64,000 bases of DNA from Macrostomum lignano. Lineage: Eukaryota. A model generated the notes under the pieces. It was not told where the DNA came from. It saw only the letters and a program-made list of their open reading frames with translations, and did no database searches. Position numbers and translations under genes: made by a program. Of this stretch, positions 1-7,195 are shown piece after piece (the stretch's first letter is position 1; each line of letters begins with the position of its first letter). Where the stretch lies: NCBI GenBank assembly GCA_002269645.1, contig NIVC01001470.1, positions 5,944 to 69,943 on the forward strand. The letters are read 5' to 3'.

Positions 1-3000
1 TTGCAGATGCTTGGCGATCGGGTACGGCTTGCACTGAATTGGTTCCGTGTGCGGCAGAAGTTTGATTTCCTGTTTGATGTCCTTGGCTCGTCCGATGTCG
101 TAATCATGATGGCAGAAGGCTTCGTTGTACTTCCACAACAGCTGTCGAACTTTCCTCTTTTGCTGTTCCGTAATCGGGCTGTCATCCAAATTGATCTTCT
201 TTTGAAATTCTTCCTCTGTTAGTCGTGGAGTCGCTTGTTCAATCAGCATAACCGATGCTTGGGTGTTGAGATGACCGATGCACATTCCTTGTCGTAGATG
301 AACCGTTTCTGTGTTCGGGTTGAAGATTTGTACTGGCAGTTGCTTATCCTTTGCAACCAGCACTAGTGCCGTAGGCATCATGATTTGATGTTTTGCCGTG
401 ACTCTCCTGTGTGGATCAAATATCATTGCTTCATCTGCCGCGCTGGTCGTTTTCGCTCTGACCCAGCATGCGCTTTCAGGCTGGATAATGACATCTTGCT
501 GCAGAGTTACTTTCGGTAGTACTCGAATCTGGTTGATCAGCGGTTGCTCCACCGTGTCGATCCTAAACGTTTGCTTGTTGAAGTCGAAGGTCAATGGTAG
601 TTGAAGCTGCTTGAACGTGTCGATTCCAACGATGACGTCTTGGTTTGGTAGTCTGTCGATGATGTACGTCGGGACCGTCAGCTGTTTATTAGCAATTTTC
701 AAGTCGATATCTGCTTTTCCTAGGATGTTGAGTGAATGTCCTCCTGCTCCTGCAACTGCGATTGCTGCTGGTCGTACCGCGAGTCGTAGCTTGTTGCATA
801 ATTGTTGCGAGATGACTGTGATCGAGCTGCCTGAATCCAGTAGTGCTCGACATGGCAAGTTGTTGACAATGACCTGAGCCATTGCTTTGCCAATCTCGGC
901 GTGTAGCGTACAGACGTAGTTTTCCGGCCATTTTGGCTCGTGCTGTTCTGCTTGATAGTTGGGTGGTTGTATCCTTGGTGCCGTTGGTGTTGTCGGAATC
1001 GATGGATATAGCCGCGTTGCTAGTGTCGGTTGCCCTTGAACCTCACAATGTGCAGTTTCTGTTAGTTCTAAACTGTTGTCGCTTTCCGTTGTCGTTCTTT
1101 GCATTATGGCATTCACTGTCTTCTTAGCTCTTGGACAAGTTTGACTGAAGCACCGTACGATCGATGAAATGATGAAGATTGCCGTGACAATCCACACAAT
1201 GCAAGCACCGTAGAAGATGAATCCTTGATAGAGACTGCCTCTTCCATTGAGCAGCTCCCAGAAGCTATTTGTCCAAAATGATTTGATGGCGCTGTCCATT
1301 GAAACAAGGACGGGAAATCTTCCTGTCCCGGTTCCTTTGTCCTTTCTTGTGAACAGCTGGTGAATCATCTTGCGTTGGGTGATGAACGCTTGCAAGAAGT
1401 CGTTGATCGTCCATCCTGGTGTTATCTCGTCAAGTTGGATATCGGCGAATGGCGTATACTTCGTTCTGTTGAATCGGATTTTCAAATCCTCCATGTCGTA
1501 GTTTTCGTCGACGATTACTTCCGGTTCTGTGACGTTTGCTGTCGTTCCAGTTGTTTTGATGACGTGTAGTGCATTGTCCAGTTGATAGTAGTTTACTGCC
1601 GTGGTGCAAGGTCTCGGTATTGCGGTGCCAACGATGATGTTGTGTACCGTGTCCAAGAATCCCTGAATTCGTTTTCCTTCGTAGAACGCTTCAATCCTTG
1701 GCTTATCGTAGCAGGTTGTTGACGTGTTTGACGGCAAGATGTTAAAGTGCTGTATCGGCGTGCACTTGTATATCAACAGATGCTCGTATATTGGAACTGC
1801 CAAAACGTTCGTCATTCCGGTGATTTTACGAAAAGTCATCGTAGGGTTGACATAGTAGTTTTGTCTGGCATAATTTAAGTTGATTGCGTGCATTTTGCAA
1901 GTTAGCTGGACCAGTGTTCGATGCAAGTGGTTTAACTGGTTGTGTAGATTGTGATCCAAAGCCGTTATCTTTGCTGACAACAGCCGGTTTGACACCAGTT
2001 TGGGACGTTCGATGTCACGTCGTCTTCTATTCTGTTTTTCTTGTTGCTGATACGTTCCATTGATGATTGCCAAGAAGGTTTGTTTGTCTTCATCCTTTAC
2101 GTAGACTGGTATCTCTTGTTCCGAGATGAATAGTGTCTTGTCTGTATCCTTGCATTTCAGTTTTTGCTCGACTGGTTTCTTTTGAAACGTCAGTGCCAAG
2201 TCTCCTGACTTTGCCAAAAACGTATTTGACAGTAGTCCTCCTTCAACTGTGTGATACTTTTGAAGCTTGCAGTCAATTTCCGGCTCAACTTCCCACGCGA
2301 AGAAGTATTGTCGTGATTTGTACGGTTCCTCATAGTGTGATTGTGCTCTGTGCTCAATCTGCCATCGATAGTCTTGATGATATGTTGGACTCAGTGGTAG
2401 ACTGTGTAGTTCTTCCTTCCGTAGAATCGGCGTTGGACACCATCCTTCACTGTATCGACATTCGCTTAGTTGCAGCTGTAACGATTCCATTTTCTCGTAC
2501 GGATTGTAGTAGAATGGAATATTTCTGATCAAGTAGCTGTTGCGTGCCATATATTCTTTCCATTTTCCGAAGAAGTGAATATATCGACCGTTGGCTGAAT
2601 TCTTTGTTCTGAACAGCTGTGCGTTGCCGACCTTCTCATCTGGTTCCAGTTCACCATCCTTTGAAAATAGTGTTTGATTCCATTGTAGGCATTCCGCGTG
2701 CGACACATGTAGCTCATGTTGTTTAAATCGGATCCGGTTCCATTGTCCGCGCCAAACTTTTTCCACCAGGTGCTTGTCTCTGAAGCATACTATCCCGTGT
2801 TGTCGATGCTTCTTGATGTTAGCCTTGTAGAGATCGAGTGTAATCTTCTTTGGTTTTGTCTGGTTTGTCTTGAAGTAACTGCATTTGATGTCGGTTGGTA
2901 TCTTGTAGATCATCGGTTGGATATGCGCATCCGTTGGACAAATCATTGGCTTTTCCGTTGCCGTTGCTTTGGCGACTACTGCTATCAGTAGTATCACGAT

Positions 3001-4869
3001 GATCCAGAATAGCCAGTTTTTCCACTTCTTGGATTTTGCCGTTGTCCTTGCTGGCATTGGCTGCGATCGCCATTCGTTATCTTCCATGTCCGCATCATAT
3101 TCTTTCGGTTGTTCCATTGGCTGATCCAGGCGGAAGGCTTCTGATTCGCTTTGCTTTTTGGTTATTTCATTATCTTCGTCTGCGGCTTCTTCCGATGTTT
3201 CCGTTGTTTCACTCCATTGCGTTTGGTATCTTTTCTCTGTCTTGTAGTCGACCGTTTGAATATAGGCTTCACCATTTCGTTTGTATCGGATCTCGTAGCA
3301 TTCGTCGCTGTCGGAACTCGGCTTTTCTTTCACCTGTTCTTTTTCCATTTCTTCATCTTTCCATTGTATTTCGTAGCCTTGATCGCTGTCGGAACTTAGA
3401 TTCTCCGCTCTCGGTTCTTCCTGCATTCCTCTTTCGGCTTGGTAGTCGTTCGTGTCATCACGCACCTCGCAGTCGTGGTCGTTGCCGTAACTTCTACATT
3501 CTTCTTCTTCTTTCATTTCTTTGTCTTTCATGCTCGTTTTGTCGTCATCCACTGTTGTCGATTCATAGTTGTTTTCTTCGCCGGTTTTCATCTTTTCTTC
3601 GTTGCCGATGTCGCTCTCCGCCTCCTCCCTTGTCTTGTGATTTACTTTCTTCCTGTTTTCTCTGCTGTCTCCGGTGGTCTCTTTTAATTTGATCATTTCG
3701 GTTTCATTCGTCTCTTTCGTGTTGTCAGTGTTGTCCTCGTGCGTCGTCTTCTTTTCGATCAAGCTGATGTCAAGTTCCGGGACTGTGAAGTCCATTTCCA
3801 AGTCGTCAATTGTGAACACTTGCTGTTCTTGCTGTTCATTTTCCGGTGTGTACGTGATGGCATTCGCGTATCGTGGCATTGCTTGCGTCGGCTGTCTTTG
3901 TGTGTATCTGACGTTGCGTGGCCTGTAGCCATTACTTCTGAAGCGGCCTTCGTTTCCGAAGCGGCCATCATTTCCGGAGCGGTCATTATTTCCGAAGCGT
4001 CTATCATTTCCGAAGCGTCTCATTCCTTGTTGTTGGCGATTTTGATAGTGCTGCCATGGTTTCTGCGGCTTCTGATTGTTGAATATCTGTCGCGGCTTGT
4101 CGTATCTTGTTGACCAATGAGGACAATTAATCTGATAATGTCCTTCTTGTCCGCAGTAGTAACATCTGGCTGAGGCTTGTTCATTTCGTCTTTTTTGTTC
4201 GGCGATAGCAGCTGTCTGGTGCTGCATTAACTTGTTTAGTTGCTGCGTCAGTTTCTGCACTTCATTGTTGCCTGTCGTCATTAATGGGGCACTGGCTTCC
4301 CATTGCATTCCGCAACGCAAAAGGTCTTCTTCGGTTTCGATATTTTCACGCAAAAGTCTATCCCGAAGTGACGGCTGTGCGTTGTTTATTACGTGCAGGA
4401 TGAGGTTTTGTTCACGATCCATCAATCGTTGTCTTTCTCTGGCGGCCAATTCTGCCGCTCCCAGTGGTGGTTGGTCCGCAGCTTGCAGCGGTGGCTGATG
4501 CAGTGCCTTAATTATCTGGCGGATATCGTCCACAAAGGCGAGGAAGGATTCTGTTGCTTGCATCCTTCTGTTATGCAACTTGTGCAGCAGCACTGATCTG
4601 TTTGTGCCGCAACGGTTGAAATGCGCGCGCAGTTGAATGATTAGTGCTGGATAATTTTGCTGTGTTGCCGCATCCAGCTTGCCGTAAATTTCTCGCGCAG
4701 TACCTTGGAGAAGAGGTGGCAGCAGCTGTGCCTTCTCTGGATTTTGTAGGTTGTATTCCCTACATACCAGGTCAAAATGGTCGACAAATGTGTTAAAATC
4801 TTTCTCCATCGAGAAAGTACCGACCGTTTCTTTGATGTCTCTGTGTACCGTTGGATTGCGCCGCGCCAT
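1..4869 (-). CDS. Gag-Env-Protease-Pol polyprotein, single ORF, at least 1623 aa, 3' partial
   Basis: Translated in 60-nt blocks from ATG 4869 to position 1 with no stop or frameshift. The nearest upstream in-frame stop is TAA at 4992-4990. Absent from the ORF track because it has no stop in the window. Confidence 0.92.
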   Translation of the reverse strand, partial: MARRNPTVHRDIKETVGTFSMEKDFNTFVDHFDLVCREYNLQNPEKAQLLPPLLQGTAREIYGKLDAATQQNYPALIIQLRAHFNRCGTNRSVLLHKLHNRRMQATESFLAFVDDIRQIIKALHQPPLQAADQPPLGAAELAARERQRLMDREQNLILHVINNAQPSLRDRLLRENIETEEDLLRCGMQWEASAPLMTTGNNEVQKLTQQLNKLMQHQTAAIAEQKRRNEQASARCYYCGQEGHYQINCPHWSTRYDKPRQIFNNQKPQKPWQHYQNRQQQGMRRFGNDRRFGNNDRSGNDGRFGNEGRFRSNGYRPRNVRYTQRQPTQAMPRYANAITYTPENEQQEQQVFTIDDLEMDFTVPELDISLIEKKTTHEDNTDNTKETNETEMIKLKETTGDSRENRKKVNHKTREEAESDIGNEEKMKTGEENNYESTTVDDDKTSMKDKEMKEEEECRSYGNDHDCEVRDDTNDYQAERGMQEEPRAENLSSDSDQGYEIQWKDEEMEKEQVKEKPSSDSDECYEIRYKRNGEAYIQTVDYKTEKRYQTQWSETTETSEEAADEDNEITKKQSESEAFRLDQPMEQPKEYDADMEDNEWRSQPMPARTTAKSKKWKNWLFWIIVILLIAVVAKATATEKPMICPTDAHIQPMIYKIPTDIKCSYFKTNQTKPKKITLDLYKANIKKHRQHGIVCFRDKHLVEKVWRGQWNRIRFKQHELHVSHAECLQWNQTLFSKDGELEPDEKVGNAQLFRTKNSANGRYIHFFGKWKEYMARNSYLIRNIPFYYNPYEKMESLQLQLSECRYSEGWCPTPILRKEELHSLPLSPTYHQDYRWQIEHRAQSHYEEPYKSRQYFFAWEVEPEIDCKLQKYHTVEGGLLSNTFLAKSGDLALTFQKKPVEQKLKCKDTDKTLFISEQEIPVYVKDEDKQTFLAIINGTYQQQEKQNRRRRDIERPKLVSNRLLSAKITALDHNLHNQLNHLHRTLVQLTCKMHAINLNYARQNYYVNPTMTFRKITGMTNVLAVPIYEHLLIYKCTPIQHFNILPSNTSTTCYDKPRIEAFYEGKRIQGFLDTVHNIIVGTAIPRPCTTAVNYYQLDNALHVIKTTGTTANVTEPEVIVDENYDMEDLKIRFNRTKYTPFADIQLDEITPGWTINDFLQAFITQRKMIHQLFTRKDKGTGTGRFPVLVSMDSAIKSFWTNSFWELLNGRGSLYQGFIFYGACIVWIVTAIFIISSIVRCFSQTCPRAKKTVNAIMQRTTTESDNSLELTETAHCEVQGQPTLATRLYPSIPTTPTAPRIQPPNYQAEQHEPKWPENYVCTLHAEIGKAMAQVIVNNLPCRALLDSGSSITVISQQLCNKLRLAVRPAAIAVAGAGGHSLNILGKADIDLKIANKQLTVPTYIIDRLPNQDVIVGIDTFKQLQLPLTFDFNKQTFRIDTVEQPLINQIRVLPKVTLQQDVIIQPESACWVRAKTTSAADEAMIFDPHRRVTAKHQIMMPTALVLVAKDKQLPVQIFNPNTETVHLRQGMCIGHLNTQASVMLIEQATPRLTEEEFQKKINLDDSPITEQQKRKVRQLLWKYNEAFCHHDYDIGRAKDIKQEIKLLPHTEPIQCKPYPIAKHLQ
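600..880 (-). other. Retropepsin (aspartic protease) domain
   Basis: ALLDSGSS with catalytic Asp at 835-837, flap-like VAGAGG, and C-terminal VIVGID motif. Confidence 0.9.
1156..3036 (-). other. env: Envelope glycoprotein domain (signal peptide, ectodomain, furin site, heptad repeat, TM), probably class III fusogen-like
   Basis: Signal-like KSKKWKNWLFWIIVILLIAVVAKATA (2959-3036). About 580-aa Cys-containing ectodomain with CRYSEGWC and at least 6 N-x-S/T sequons. NRRRR-DI at 2017-2028, then LSAKITALDHNLHNQLNHLH. TM FIFYGACIVWIVTAIFIISSIV (1156-1221). Confidence 0.8.
4123..4869 (-). other. gag: Gag region: capsid-like helical domain plus CCHC nucleocapsid zinc knuckle (4123-4164)
   Basis: aa 1-249: DFNTFVDHFDLVCREYNL...LHKLHNRRMQATESFLAFVDDIRQIIKAL (retrotransposon capsid-like), then CX2CX4HX4C, followed by an R/G/N-rich RRFGND repeat. 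Confidence 0.8.
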
Positions 4870-5520
4870 GTTGTTGATAGGGTAGAACGGTAGTTCAAGA
4901 TCTGGATCGATTTGTAACGGATCGTCCAGTGTGGTGTTTGCCTCGGAATAAACCTCGACTGTAACGAATTGCCTTGTGGTGTCGATTTGTTATTCGCTGG
5001 CCTCGGATGCGGTGTGGCTTGCTGCCACTGGTTGTCCTCAAATGAACTTGTTCTGTTCGCTTGCTGATTTCGCACTTATGCGGCGTCCCGCAAAGTGTAT
5101 CTTCAAGTTGAAGTGGACTTGTCTTCTTGCTTTGCAAAGTCTTTCTTCTCTTCTTTGACTCTCTCTCTTTTGTCAATTAACTCTGCTCTCCACGAAGTTT
5201 CAATTAATTTCGGTTTTGTTTTAGTTTTTGTGCCGGCAAAATGTTTCAGTTATTTTTTGTTTGTTTTGCGTCGACGATTCTTTTTATTTTTGGTTTGTTT
5301 TCAGTGTACCGACGAAGTTAATTTCGGTTTTGTTTTAAACTCACACTTGCTCGAGCTCGTCAAAACAAAATTTTAACACGCGTGCTCAAACTGTACTCAA
5401 ATTTGACAGGTGCTCAAACCTGTACACCAAATTTTACTCGAGTTTCAAAACGTAACGGACCTAAAAAGTGTTAACTCTAACACGTGCGCGCAAAATTAAT
5501 GAAGTCGCTCTGTCGTCACT

Positions 5521-6326
5521 TTACAATAGCTTGGCCAGGCTATTGCTCAAGGTTTGAGTAGTGCCGAGAGGGCGAGATCACCAATTGATGTGTTCCTTAT
5601 TACCCGACTTTCGATAATCAAGGAACAATCACTTCTAGCTCAACAGCTAGGCAACCCAGTAAGTCAAACGAAGGTATTCAATTACCTTTAATCCGGATTT
5701 GAATTTCTTGAGTAGTTCTCGCTAGGAACTTGTCAGTAGATCTCGTAGATCAGGCGCCTTGATTCTTCAGTTGCTCTGGTCCTGGTTCCTCTTGTACTTC
5801 CGATAAGTTCTTCCGGCCGGTATCTTCCGTCAGGACCAATCAGAGGCCTCGTAGCAACAATGGGTACCCTGCGCCAAACTGCGGTCTAAATTAAGCCTCC
5901 TTCTTCTAGCAGTGCCTCTATGCACTCTAGGTATAGCTCCGGAAACCACTGATAGTCCTCTAAGATCTATCAGGGGCAGTCCTTCTGGAGACTGCAACCA
6001 ATGGAGTCTAAACAGACTCAAGAGTCTCAACAGACTCAATTAGACTCAAGTCTCAATAGACTTGAGCGAGACGTCTCTAACACAACGGGCGCAAATAAGG
6101 AAGGCTTACCGCAACAACTCGACCGAGTCTCGATTGACTTGGTAGATCAGGAAGTCCTCCTAAGGCTTCCTCTTCGGAGCGCTCCTCTTCCGTGGGGAGA
6201 ATGGCTCCGGTACCGCTTCAGATCGCTTGTATTTATAGACAAGTTTTTGATCCAAAATAGTATCATGACAATTCACGTGTTGCGCTAAAAGGGGAAAATG
6301 GCTCATGGCGTATTATTCTGGTAACA
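5521..6326 (-). repeat. Putative 5' LTR
   Basis: The minus strand begins TGTTAC at 6326 and ends GTAA at 5521 (imperfect inverted termini). It contains TATAAATA at 6237-6230. The partner LTR is outside the window, so the boundaries are inferred. Confidence 0.5.
6230..6237 (-). promoter_or_regulatory. TATA box of LTR promoter
   Basis: TATAAATA on the minus strand about 90 nt inside the LTR start. No ATG occurs on that strand between it and the gag ATG. Confidence 0.6.
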
Positions 6327-7037
6327 TCTTTTTCTGGTAGCGTGATTCATTCAAAGCTTAGGCGCACATGCGTGTACTTACTTACTTATAGTAGTATTAT
6401 ACGATTATCTTCTTTTTTCCTTTTTTAACGGGAGGTAGAACACTCTACAATATATAGCGCCTGCGGCACCAAACACGAGTTCCTGCAGCGCAAAAAATGC
6501 CTGCGACGCCAAATGAGCGCTGACAACACCGATTCTAAAAATAATGTAAAATGTTAAAATGTATAATTCTTGCGGCTTAATTTGTTCCCCACCATAAAAT
6601 CAATCTTGTGACGCCCCTGCCACAACAGTACATGTAACTCACAAACCTTCTGTCGTAAATGCACATGCAAGTCGTATATAGCCAGTAGAAGTGACTAAAA
6701 AGAGAATCAAAGTTGTAGATGGGGTTGGTACATGTTTGTTAGCCCGACAAACGACGAGAGTGTAGGCCTGAAGCCATAACCATGCCTAGACTCATTCGTC
6801 TTTTTCTCTTTTGATTTCCATTTACCTTAAGATATTGAGTTTAAATACTTTTAGTATTTTTAACATTAATTTACTTGCACTTCTTATTCATACAGCGAAA
6901 ATATTTTTACTTCCTTTTAAATATTAGTTGACGTATGCTCCGGTATCTGAGGCTTACTCTATGTTTCAAGTAAATAATTGTCGTAAAACACGAAAATGTT
7001 CATGTATTACTACCACATTAAAGACAGTGTTGCCTAG

Positions 7038-7056
7038 CCAATCAACAGCCGCCATG
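7038..7056 (+). promoter_or_regulatory. ERSE-like element upstream of calreticulin
   Basis: CCAAT-caacagccg-CCATG has exact N9 spacing and one mismatch to the ER stress element CCAAT-N9-CCACG, 140 nt before the ATG. Confidence 0.45.
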
Positions 7057-7195
7057 CAAAACACGCTACGAATTTCAACTTAAATGCGTCAACCGAAAGA
7101 AATCTAGATATTTCTTTACCAATTCCCCTCCTCGTATTTTGCGCTAGTGTGTTGTCCTGTTAAAACTATATTTTGATTGAAATTCTTACGTTAAT

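Larger units (their letters stand above)
1..6326 (-). mobile_element. Ty3/gypsy-like LTR retroelement / endogenous virus with in-frame envelope (5' half; RT, RNase H, integrase and 3' LTR lie beyond position 1)
   Basis: Manual minus-strand translation gives a CCHC knuckle (CYYCGQEGHYQINC), protease motifs ALLDSGSSITVIS and VIVGID, and the gypsy-type RT-proximal segment LLWKYNEAFCHHDYDIGRAKDIKQEIKLLPHTEPIQCKPYPI. An LTR-like region with TATAAATA lies upstream. Confidence 0.9.

Noticed and set aside
3036-4113. Plus-strand hydrophobic Phe/Leu-rich ORFs
   Set aside because: They are antisense shadows of the A-rich linker of the minus-strand polyprotein.
4641-5176. Basic minus-strand ORFs of 93 and 144 aa near the gag start as uORFs
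   Set aside because: They start at TTG and GTG rather than ATG, lack recognisable domains, and the leader has no AUG.
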